In this document: positions 55,954 through 64,000 of the stretch, one piece after another
How positions within the stretch are numbered: position 1 is the stretch's first letter
Layout of the letters: each line of letters opens with the position of its first letter
Source: Patescibacteria group bacterium
GTDB taxonomy: Bacteria > Patescibacteriota > Minisyncoccia > Ryanbacterales > GWA2-47-10b
NCBI GenBank assembly: GCA_038064855.1
Contig: JBBTSE010000007.1
Coordinates: 151,699-215,698 of the forward strand
Direction of reading: 5' to 3'
Length of the DNA: 64,000 nt
Made by a program: the position numbers and the translations under genes
The notes under the pieces: model-generated
What the model saw: only the letters and a program-made list of their open reading frames with translations
Database searches by the model: none
Told to the model about the DNA's origin: nothing

Positions 55954-57291
55954 TTAGCGTCCCGCGATACCTTGGATAAGATCGATCTGACTTTGATATT
56001 TCTCAACTTTGGCAAGTACTTGATTGCCGTACGCACGACCCAGTGATGACTTCCAATTGCCACCAGCAAAATATTTTGCGGCCGCCGTATGCTCGCCCGC
56101 GCGCGTGTTCGCGCCAAGCTCGCCCAAATAAATAGCTGACGCCATAAACGCGTCTTCAGGGACCCATGGATTGGGCGGGTTATGGCCGGTTGCCGCCGCA
56201 ATTTTTGATATATAAAGTTCCCATGTCGATGGGATAAATTGTGCGGGCCCCATCGCACCTCCCCATCCGACAGACATCGGGCACGAGAGTGGCATGGTGT
56301 CAGGATTGAGGCCGAGGGCCGCGGTAATACGCAAGTAGGGGGCGTGATCGCGCGCAGGTTTCATGATGGCGCGCCATTTTTTAGCATCAGAGCTTGTAGG
56401 CAAATTACACTGGCCCACATTGCTCCCCAGTGCTGATTCCTGCCCAATAACACCAAGAATAAAGGCCGGGCGTACACCTGTTTTCTTTGAGGCCTTTTCT
56501 GCATATTCGACCGCCTTTTCAAAAGGGATCGAGGGGGAGCCCTGCAACAAAAAGAGTTGAGTACGAATGCTCGCGGCATTCTTTTGCCTGTCGGTAACAA
56601 GTTTTTTGTATTCTGACTCCTTGCCTTTCGTAGCTTTCAAAAGATCTTTGCGCTCACGCTCTTGCGCCTCTAGCTGCTTGCGCTCAAGCTCTTGCAGGGC
56701 GCGAAGCTCGGATTGTTCTTGTTTTTTGTCGACAAACTCGTCGCGGGCGACCTCTTCCTCTTTTTTGGTAGTGCGGAGAATATTAAAAGAATCCTGCAAT
56801 GACTCTTGTACCGTATCAAGCGACTCAATATCACCCAAAAAGTCTGACATTTTCTCATACGCGAGCATCGATTCCAGTAAAGAAACTTCGTCGTATTCAG
56901 CGAGCGTACGCAAACTTTCGGCAAGCGACAACTTCTCACGATCTACTTTTTGGATAATTTCTGTAATATTTTTTTCTTTTTCACTAATCTTACCCTGTAG
57001 TGTCTGAACGGTAAGATTAAAAGCCTTGATCTGAAGCTTTGTTTTGGTTATTTTGGCATCTAAAATATCAATATCGCGTTGAAAACTCGCGGCCTCTTGG
57101 CGCTTGCCCTCTATCTGCACCTCAAACTGTTTGATTTCTCCCTCGATGCCTTCGAGTTCGCGTAACAGCTTGGCACGATGATCGATAACAGCGCCTGAAA
57201 GTTCTTGGGCTCGCGCAAACCATCCGGCTGAAATGATGCCGGTAATTATGAGGAGAACACCGAATAAATATTTATTCTTCACCTGAAGCAT
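55954..57291 (-). CDS. membrane-anchored coiled-coil protein with C-terminal lytic transglycosylase (SLT)-like domain
   Basis: N-terminal TM; long heptad/charged region; ILGVIGQESALG and GAMGPAQFIPSTW. Confidence 0.6.
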   Translation of the reverse strand: MLQVKNKYLFGVLLIITGIISAGWFARAQELSGAVIDHRAKLLRELEGIEGEIKQFEVQIEGKRQEAASFQRDIDILDAKITKTKLQIKAFNLTVQTLQGKISEKEKNITEIIQKVDREKLSLAESLRTLAEYDEVSLLESMLAYEKMSDFLGDIESLDTVQESLQDSFNILRTTKKEEEVARDEFVDKKQEQSELRALQELERKQLEAQERERKDLLKATKGKESEYKKLVTDRQKNAASIRTQLFLLQGSPSIPFEKAVEYAEKASKKTGVRPAFILGVIGQESALGSNVGQCNLPTSSDAKKWRAIMKPARDHAPYLRITAALGLNPDTMPLSCPMSVGWGGAMGPAQFIPSTWELYISKIAAATGHNPPNPWVPEDAFMASAIYLGELGANTRAGEHTAAAKYFAGGNWKSSLGRAYGNQVLAKVEKYQSQIDLIQGIAGR

Positions 57292-57940
57292 CTTCTGCCC
57301 CCTCCTCTTCTTTCTTGCCCTTCTTTTCTACTGCAATATCTTCAAGGTTTATACTTACCTGATTTTCAAGAGATGCGAGCTCTTCTTCTGATCGTGGAGG
57401 AACAACCTTAACGATCAAAGCATCGTTATTAGCTATAATCTGTACGCCGCGAGGAGGTTTAATATCTTCTAATGATATAGTATCTGCGAATGTTTGGAGC
57501 AGGCCAAGATCAACTGAAATCTCGTGGGGCAAATCTTTTGGCAATGCTTCAACTTCTATCTCATGCATCACTTTCACTAAAACGCCGCCCAAAGATTTGA
57601 CAGCTTCTGATTCACCGGTAAATGCAATCGGCACATGAACCTTAATGGTTTTGTCAGCTGCCACTTCATGAAAATCAACATGGAGCGGTAAAGATTTTAC
57701 TGGATCAAAAGTAATCTCGTGGATCAACACGCTCTTTTTGCCACCATCTTTGATATCGAGCTCGATCATGCCTGACTCACCGGCATACCGGTATGCCTTG
57801 AGTAACTCTTGAGCGCCTACAGAAAGTGAAGATGGCTCACCTACGCCACCATAGACAATCGCAGGAACAAGGCCTTGCGCACGAAGGTCTTTTACTTTTT
57901 TACCGAAAACGATACGCTTATTAGCAAGTATTTTTTGCAT
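57272..57940 (-). CDS. rplY: 50S ribosomal protein L25 / general stress protein Ctc
   Basis: L25 N-domain RAQGLVPAIVYGG and Ctc C-domain; acidic tail. Confidence 0.85.
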   Translation of the reverse strand: MQKILANKRIVFGKKVKDLRAQGLVPAIVYGGVGEPSSLSVGAQELLKAYRYAGESGMIELDIKDGGKKSVLIHEITFDPVKSLPLHVDFHEVAADKTIKVHVPIAFTGESEAVKSLGGVLVKVMHEIEVEALPKDLPHEISVDLGLLQTFADTISLEDIKPPRGVQIIANNDALIVKVVPPRSEEELASLENQVSINLEDIAVEKKGKKEEEGAEDASGEE

Positions 57941-58010
57941 TCCCCTATAATACCAGAAACCCTAAAAAAATACCAGATACCCTTTGAGAGTAAGCACTTT
58001 TGGGAAGATC

Positions 58011-58991
58011 TTATTTTACAACAATGATATTTGGCGGTACGCGTCCTGCAAGCGCCTCGATGATGTTGTTTGCGGCTGTCTCAGCCATTTTTTGACGCGT
58101 CTCGATAGTAGCTGACGCGATGTGCGGGGTCAGTAGGACATTTTCGAGCTCAAAGAACAGTGGATCAATCTTTGGTTCTTTTTCATAGACATCGAGTGCT
58201 GCGCCTGCAATCGTTTTCTCACGAAGCGCCCGATAGAGAGCTTCTTCTTCGACGATGGGCCCGCGCGCCGTATTGATGAGAAACGCAGTTTTTTTCATCA
58301 TTTTAAACCGAGCATCGTTCATGAGATGTTGGGTGGATTCGAGAAGTGGCACATGAATGCTGACAAAATCAGCCTTGGGAAGAAGCTCTTCAACCGTTGG
58401 CGCAAAAGTGGCGCCATAGTCTTTTTCAAACTGTTCGTTGCGCTTTACATCATAGTAAATAATCTTCATCTCAAAGCCACGGACGGCATGATGAGCAACG
58501 CGCGCGCCGATGCGCCCCAGCCCCACAATGCCCAAGGTTTTACCAAAGACATCAGTGCCCAAGAGCAACATTGGCCCCCACGCTTTATAGAGTCCCTTGC
58601 GCATAAAGCGATCGCCCTCACTCATACGGTGCGCAAGCGCAACGATGAGACCAAAGGTATGCTCGGCAACTGTTTCGGTAAGTACATCGGGAGTATTGGT
58701 GATATACATGCTCCGATCGCGTGCCGCCTGTAAGTTAATATTGTCAAAGCCAACCGCAAAGTTTGCGAAGATCTTACATTGCTTGCCGGCCGCATTAAAT
58801 ACTTCCTCATCTATCTTATTAGTTAAGAGCGACAAAACGGCGTTATATTCTTTGCCAGTGAGTGCCGCTACCAATTCTTCTTTGGTGAGCGGTCCATCTT
58901 TTTCACTCACCGTCACCTCATAACCCTGCTTTTGAAGATTAAGAATCCCCCTGTCAGGTATCTTTTCTGTAATAAATACTTTTGTAGCCAT
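58011..58991 (-). CDS. D-isomer-specific 2-hydroxyacid dehydrogenase (glycerate/hydroxypyruvate reductase-like)
   Basis: NAD-binding GKTLGIVGLGRIGARVA; catalytic R/E/H pattern. Confidence 0.85.
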   Translation of the reverse strand: MATKVFITEKIPDRGILNLQKQGYEVTVSEKDGPLTKEELVAALTGKEYNAVLSLLTNKIDEEVFNAAGKQCKIFANFAVGFDNINLQAARDRSMYITNTPDVLTETVAEHTFGLIVALAHRMSEGDRFMRKGLYKAWGPMLLLGTDVFGKTLGIVGLGRIGARVAHHAVRGFEMKIIYYDVKRNEQFEKDYGATFAPTVEELLPKADFVSIHVPLLESTQHLMNDARFKMMKKTAFLINTARGPIVEEEALYRALREKTIAGAALDVYEKEPKIDPLFFELENVLLTPHIASATIETRQKMAETAANNIIEALAGRVPPNIIVVK

Positions 58992-59003
58992 AATAAATAT
59001 ATC

Positions 59004-59873
59004 TTACACTCTTCCGCCACTTCCGAAAAGGTCAATATGCAGTAATACCACTTTTTTTACCTCGGCAATTTCCGGCGCCATAATCTTATAAAGCGCGTAT
59101 TCGTCTTTTTCTTCTTCAAGTTCTTTTCGAAGCGTATCAACAAACGCTACACGCAAGTCGGTCGAAATATGAATATTTGAAATGCCCACTGTAATCGCCT
59201 CCTTGATTTGATCGTGCGGCACACCCGAGCCACCGTGAAGTACAAACGCTGTGTCAGGCAAAAGTGCGCGGATACGCGCGATGCGTGGGATATCCAAATG
59301 TGGCTCATTGAGGGCAATACCGTGGATACTGCCAACCGCGGGAGCCAAACGATTTACCCCCGTCTCGCGGACAAATCGCGCGGCATCATCAGGATTTGCA
59401 AGACTCTCGGGCGGTACCTCAATGGCGCTTTTATACACCTTTGAAGAATCCGTCATAAGATAGCCAATCTCGCCCTCGACCGATATGGCTTCATTTTTTG
59501 CCCGCGCGTGATCTACCACTTCTTTTGTTTTGCGAAGATTATCTTCAAGCGACTCTTTTGACAGGTCGATATGAATAGAATCATATCCAGCGTCAATCGC
59601 CGCCTTTGCCTTCTCGACAGATTTTGTATGATCCGCGTTGAGATAAAATGGCATCTGATATTCATCGCGATAACTCTTGATGAGTGCGACAGCTTGCTCA
59701 AGCCCGATAAACTCGCGCTCGCCCTCAGAGGTACCTATCATGACGGGTGAGCGTTTTTCCACACACGCCTCAATGATTGCTTTGAGCATTTCGAGATTTG
59801 GCACATTGAAATGCGGCACTGCCCAGTGTTCGTGCGTTGCGCGCGCCAATATTTCTTTGAGTGGTGGAATCAT
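59004..59873 (-). CDS. fba: class II fructose-bisphosphate aldolase
   Basis: HFNVPNLEML...SPVMIGTSEG and zinc-binding His pattern. Confidence 0.8.
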   Translation of the reverse strand: MIPPLKEILARATHEHWAVPHFNVPNLEMLKAIIEACVEKRSPVMIGTSEGEREFIGLEQAVALIKSYRDEYQMPFYLNADHTKSVEKAKAAIDAGYDSIHIDLSKESLEDNLRKTKEVVDHARAKNEAISVEGEIGYLMTDSSKVYKSAIEVPPESLANPDDAARFVRETGVNRLAPAVGSIHGIALNEPHLDIPRIARIRALLPDTAFVLHGGSGVPHDQIKEAITVGISNIHISTDLRVAFVDTLRKELEEEKDEYALYKIMAPEIAEVKKVVLLHIDLFGSGGRV

Positions 59874-60859
59874 GAAAGTTTTGCAAATTCTTTGGGTTTA
59901 TAATCAGCCGGCGCCTCTACTAGATACTTTTCAAGCTGTGACCGGCGCAACAGTCCTTCCTGTGCACCTACATACTGAACAACGGACATCGAATTGATAG
60001 GCCCCCATCGCATGGCGTCTTCGAGCGTAAGACCGAGTGTAAGCGCGGATGTAAAAGTAGAAGAGAACGCGTCCCCCGCCCCCGTGCGCTCAAAGGGTGG
60101 CTTGGGATCGGGATAGGGGCGCATATACCAAATCGTTGTGCCGTCAGAAGTGTACGCGCCCTTCGGACCATCAGTGATCACGACAAGCTTGGGACCTAGG
60201 TGATGCATGCCACGCACAAGATTGGTGATGTCATTATCCGTTGTCTCTAAAATACGCATTGCTTCCTCTCGATTACAGAAAAAAAGTTCGGTGCGCTTAT
60301 ACAGATCGCGCAATCGGTGTGTGCCAAGCTTTATCTGAAAGGTACCCGGCTGAAACGCGAGCTTTACATCAGGATGTTGGCGCATATAAGTAGAGACATC
60401 ATCATGAAACTGATCTGCGTGCTCACCTACCGAGCTAAAGTAAATCCATTTTGGATCGCCCATAACTGGCAGATGATAGGTGTATCGTTCGTGTTTTATC
60501 AAAATCGTACGATCATCTTTGTACCAAAGTACATAATGATAGTTTGACGCGACTCCTTGATTGCGATGCACAAATGACGCATCGACATCTTCTTTTTTAA
60601 GTTGGGTGATAATATCATCACCAGCGCGATCATCACCGATATTACTTACAAATGTAGTTGAAAGACCGAGGCGTGCGGCCGCAACCGCAGCATTGGCACT
60701 GTTGCCAACCGCAGGAATAATATGCGCCCGTTCAAAAGGGATCTTGTCACCGTAGCCGAGCGACAGCTTGCCATCTCTCACTTCGGCGTTGGCATCAGCA
60801 ATACGAATAAACGCATCGGTGACAACATCGCCTATCGCTACAAAATCATACCTCATCAT
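59870..60859 (-). CDS. PfkB-family sugar(-phosphate) kinase
   Basis: GTGAGDAF motif; ribokinase fold; context with aldolase and transketolase. Confidence 0.75.
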   Translation of the reverse strand: MMRYDFVAIGDVVTDAFIRIADANAEVRDGKLSLGYGDKIPFERAHIIPAVGNSANAAVAAARLGLSTTFVSNIGDDRAGDDIITQLKKEDVDASFVHRNQGVASNYHYVLWYKDDRTILIKHERYTYHLPVMGDPKWIYFSSVGEHADQFHDDVSTYMRQHPDVKLAFQPGTFQIKLGTHRLRDLYKRTELFFCNREEAMRILETTDNDITNLVRGMHHLGPKLVVITDGPKGAYTSDGTTIWYMRPYPDPKPPFERTGAGDAFSSTFTSALTLGLTLEDAMRWGPINSMSVVQYVGAQEGLLRRSQLEKYLVEAPADYKPKEFAKLS

Positions 60860-61863
60860 TATATGCTAGATCGATTCATAACTTTTTGGGCCGCGGCGAC
60901 AATATGTGAGACACCCATACCAAAGTGCTCGATGAGCTCGTTCTTCTCTCCGGACTCACCAAAGCGATTTTGTACACCAATAAATTCTATAGGCACAGGG
61001 CATTCGCGCGCGGCGAGCTCCGCGACCACTGACCCCAACCCTCCTGCCACTTGATGCTCTTCTACCGTGACTACGCGGCGCGCCGCACGGATAGCATCTA
61101 AAATAGTTTTTTCATCGAGTGGTTTTATCGTATGACAATTAATCACGCGCACTTTTTTTCCGGATTTTTCAAGCTCGCCCGCAGCCAACAGCGCATTGTG
61201 CGCAAGCGGTCCTGTAGCAATGATGAGAACATCGCACGCCGTTGGATCAGAATCAAAAAATATTTCTGCTTTGCCAATGGCAAAGGGAGTCGCGGCGGTA
61301 GTAAAAATAGGACTTTTTTCTCGATGGAGGCGTAAATAAAGAGGTTTGCGCAATACTGCTGCCGCTAATATTGCTTTTTTTGCCTCGATCATATCGCAAG
61401 GTGATACAACCGTCATGCCCGGCAACACACGCATGATCGCCATATCTTCAACGGCTTGGTGTGTGGCGCCATCAGGGCCTACCGAAACCCCTGCGTGCGA
61501 GCCGACGATGATAACCGACTGTTCGTTGTAGCAAATAGTAGTACGAATCTGCTCCCAATTGCGCCCGGGACTAAACATCGCATACGAAGAGATGACGGGA
61601 AGCTTACCAAGAGCAGCCATGCCAGCGGCGACCCCCGCTAAATTTTGCTCTGCTACACCAATCTCGATAAAGCGCGTGGGATATTTTTTCTTGAATGGCA
61701 AGATCATGGTTGATTCAGTAAGGTCGGCGCAAAGCGCTACGATACTCGGATCTTTGTCACCCGCTTCTACCAGGCCTTCGCCAAAACCAGCGCGCGTGGG
61801 CTTTTGCTCGAGTTTTTTAATATCGAGAGTGTCGGTATGCAATTGTGCGCCTGAAAATATCAT
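60859..61863 (-). CDS. transketolase C-terminal (pyrimidine-binding) subunit
   Basis: TRAGFGEGLVEAG..., Transket_pyr and C-terminal domains. Confidence 0.9.
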   Translation of the reverse strand: MIFSGAQLHTDTLDIKKLEQKPTRAGFGEGLVEAGDKDPSIVALCADLTESTMILPFKKKYPTRFIEIGVAEQNLAGVAAGMAALGKLPVISSYAMFSPGRNWEQIRTTICYNEQSVIIVGSHAGVSVGPDGATHQAVEDMAIMRVLPGMTVVSPCDMIEAKKAILAAAVLRKPLYLRLHREKSPIFTTAATPFAIGKAEIFFDSDPTACDVLIIATGPLAHNALLAAGELEKSGKKVRVINCHTIKPLDEKTILDAIRAARRVVTVEEHQVAGGLGSVVAELAARECPVPIEFIGVQNRFGESGEKNELIEHFGMGVSHIVAAAQKVMNRSSI

Positions 61864-62072
61864 TGGGTTTCTTGTGCTTCTACTGCGTTATGCTCTTGAA
61901 GACTTTTAAGTAATAAATCTTGCTGTTCTTGCTGTCTTGCTGTGATGCGATCAATATCGCCAATAATGTGATTCATCTGTACGACAGTCGCTATCGCGAC
62001 GATTACTGCGAGAATGCCTACTGCGGCCAATCGATACTCGCTCTTGCGTGTGGTAACATCTTGGCTACTCAT
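61860..62072 (-). CDS. small (70 aa) single-TM coiled-coil protein wedged between the transketolase halves
   Basis: Start MSSQDV 5 nt after the tkt-N stop; stop overlaps the tkt-C start (ATGA); TM AAVGILAVIVAIATVV then a Q/E-rich helix. Confidence 0.4.
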   Translation of the reverse strand: MSSQDVTTRKSEYRLAAVGILAVIVAIATVVQMNHIIGDIDRITARQQEQQDLLLKSLQEHNAVEAQETQ

Positions 62073-62952
62073 GCTCGCCTTTGATCCGACCTCTGAGTGT
62101 ACGAAGCTCATGAAGGGCTTCAGCCGCCTGTTTATCGGCGGGCACTGTATCGGTAGGACCTTTACCGGGAGGGTTACCGTGCCATTCAAAACGCCGCTCC
62201 ATAAAATCAACTCCCTTACCCGGAATAGTATGCGCGATAATCATCTTTGGCTTTTCATAAATAGCTTTTGCCTCGCTAACCGCGTTTACAATCTCTTCTA
62301 TGTTATGCCCATCGACATCGATGACATGCCAACCAAATGATTCGTATTTTTCACGCAACGGTTCAAGCGGCATAATATCTTCGGTAAAACCGTCTATCTG
62401 AATATTGTTGCGATCAATAATACCAATCAGATTCCAAAGCTGTTCGCGACCCGCGAGCATGATAGCTTCCCACACAATACCGCAATCTTGCTCGCCATCA
62501 CCCATCAGCGCGTATACAAAGTTAGTCTTTTTATCCATACGAAGTGCGAGCGCCATGCCGACTGCTTGTGAGATACCCGTACCCAGTGGTCCGGAACTCG
62601 CCTCGATGCCGGGCAATTTTGTGCGATGCGGATGACCTTGCAGTCGTGAGCCAAATTTACGCAAGGTTTTTAATTCTTCTACCGGAAAATATCCCGCGTG
62701 CGCCATTGTCGCGTACTGTACGGGACAAATATGACCATTGGAAAGTATGACAAAATCACGCTCGGGAAGCGCTGGATTTTTAGGGTCGTGACGGAGGAGA
62801 TGAAAGTAAAGAGCGGTAAAAACATCAGCCATACCCAAAGGCCCCGCTGAGTGACCCGAGCCAGCAGCGACGAGCATCTCGATGATCGACTGACGAATGT
62901 CATTCGCCTTGATCTCGAGTTCGGCTACTTTTTTATCATCTACATAATTCAT
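62065..62952 (-). CDS. transketolase N-terminal (TPP-binding) subunit
   Basis: GSGHSAGPLGMADV, GDGEQDCG TPP motif. Confidence 0.9.
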   Translation of the reverse strand: MNYVDDKKVAELEIKANDIRQSIIEMLVAAGSGHSAGPLGMADVFTALYFHLLRHDPKNPALPERDFVILSNGHICPVQYATMAHAGYFPVEELKTLRKFGSRLQGHPHRTKLPGIEASSGPLGTGISQAVGMALALRMDKKTNFVYALMGDGEQDCGIVWEAIMLAGREQLWNLIGIIDRNNIQIDGFTEDIMPLEPLREKYESFGWHVIDVDGHNIEEIVNAVSEAKAIYEKPKMIIAHTIPGKGVDFMERRFEWHGNPPGKGPTDTVPADKQAAEALHELRTLRGRIKGEHE

Positions 62953-63998
62953 TGTGCAATTATTGGTTGAAAATCTGCATTGAACTTGATGGGTATTGCT
63001 TCAAAATCATCGATACGCTTATTCTTGATGGTCACCTCAAACATCAAAGCCTCTTTTGTTTCGGATGAAAACGCCTGATCAAAAACAAAGTTGCCAAGAC
63101 TGTAGGCGATAACGCCATTGCGATACTGTTCGATCTCTTGGGCGACATGCGGATGATGCCCGATAATGACTGACGCGCCAGCATCTATCGCAGCGCGCGC
63201 CAAATCTTGTTGGACACGACGCGAGTGAGTCTCGTACTCTTCGCCAAAATGAAACGATACTATTAGTATATCAACCTTCTCTCGCACCTGTCGAACAGCC
63301 GTCTTTACAACCTCAACATCAGCAATCGCGATACCAGAGAGTGTGTCGCCCGCCTGCATCCAAGTCGGCCCCACATCGGAAAAACCCAAGAAACCAAGCT
63401 TAGTACCGCCTCGTTCAATAACCGTCACATCATATGCTTCTTTTTTATTCCATCCGGCTCCTGTGTATTCAATACCTGCACGGCGCAAACGACGCATGGT
63501 ATCTTCCATCGCCCCACGACCATAATCCCCCATATGATTGTTAGCGAGCGATACGATATCAAACCCTACATCATAGAGCGCCTTCGTCACCGCGGGGTCC
63601 ATGCGAAACGAGTAAATCGAGCCCTGCTTGCTACCCACATCCGATATCGGACCTTCAAGATTGCCAAACGCGAGATCGGCACTGCGCAATTTTTCAGTGA
63701 TGTGTTCAAACGGGAAAAGATAGTCGCCACGATGTTTCTCAACAGTCGCGCGGATGCCTCTATCCATCATAATATCGCCAGTAAAAAGAAGCTTGATGGA
63801 CTCATCTTTGCGTATATCGGAGACGATGGGAGCTGCGGCAGCTGGCTTCTCGTCAGACAAACTACCGTACACAAAGTTTGCTTTTACCCATGTGACGAGT
63901 TTGCGCACATCTTGCTCTTGATCGTTTGATCCGAGTACTACTACCGCGATATCGCGCGTGGCAAATTCTGATACCGGCAAGCGAAAGAGTGCAACCAT
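62949..63998 (-). CDS. CapA-family metallophosphatase (poly-gamma-glutamate capsule synthesis protein-like)
   Basis: LFTGDIMMDRG, IIGHHPHV, AYSLGNF motifs. Confidence 0.75.
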   Translation of the reverse strand: MVALFRLPVSEFATRDIAVVVLGSNDQEQDVRKLVTWVKANFVYGSLSDEKPAAAAPIVSDIRKDESIKLLFTGDIMMDRGIRATVEKHRGDYLFPFEHITEKLRSADLAFGNLEGPISDVGSKQGSIYSFRMDPAVTKALYDVGFDIVSLANNHMGDYGRGAMEDTMRRLRRAGIEYTGAGWNKKEAYDVTVIERGGTKLGFLGFSDVGPTWMQAGDTLSGIAIADVEVVKTAVRQVREKVDILIVSFHFGEEYETHSRRVQQDLARAAIDAGASVIIGHHPHVAQEIEQYRNGVIAYSLGNFVFDQAFSSETKEALMFEVTIKNKRIDDFEAIPIKFNADFQPIIAQ

Positions 63999-64000
63999 CG

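Overview
Gene-dense bacterial window of 64 kb with low GC (about 45%), and nearly every gene on the minus strand. By eye I find no rRNA, no CRISPR array and no integrase or transposase.

The core content I can support is:
- A heat-shock operon hrcA-grpE-dnaK-(membrane ORF)-dnaJ with a perfect CIRCE operator overlapping an apparently leaderless hrcA promoter.
- A ribosomal/RNAP block infA-rpmJ-rpsM-rpsK-rpsD-rpoA-rplQ followed by rplM-rpsI.
- alaS, a sigma-70 factor, mnmA and mltG.
- A tRNA array (Ser-TGA, Trp-CCA, Thr-GGT, Tyr-GTA) carrying rpmG.
- clpB and an HtrA protease.
- An Fe-S assembly operon (ArsR regulator, NifS, NifU/IscU, ferredoxin, SOD, Nfu) and an NDH-2.
- rpsB-tsf and rpmE-prfA.
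- A carbohydrate cluster: 2-hydroxyacid dehydrogenase, class II aldolase, PfkB kinase, split transketolase and a CapA-family protein.

Several proteins are in reduced forms: a 588-aa AlaRS, a 148-aa EF-Ts, an RF1 without domain 1, and a split transketolase. Together these suggest a small-genome lineage (CPR/Patescibacteria-like). That is inference only.

The accessory or unusual content is:
1. An SF2 helicase fused to four tandem zinc-ribbon modules, divergent from the sigma factor across a palindromic promoter region.
2. A tightly coupled SET-domain / HExxH protein / SAM-MTase / PurD-like ATP-grasp cassette, plus a second minimal SET protein elsewhere.
3. A GT-C membrane glycosyltransferase followed by two translationally coupled Cys/His-rich secreted paralogs.
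4. Four small GC-rich (55-62%) ORFans, three of them interleaved with the tRNA array and two sharing an identical SD context.
5. A tRNA-Tyr locus with duplicated tRNA-fragment repeats bracketing a GIY-YIG nuclease gene.
6. A roughly 3.3-kb higher-GC island bounded by an intact tRNA-Thr(TGT) and a 40-bp direct repeat of its 3' end, carrying nucleoside/ribose-salvage-type genes.
7. A partial E1/ThiF-like gene paired with an RNHCP zinc-ribbon gene.

Coordinates derived by hand indexing (tRNAs, repeats, small genes not in the ORF track) may be off by 1-2 nt.
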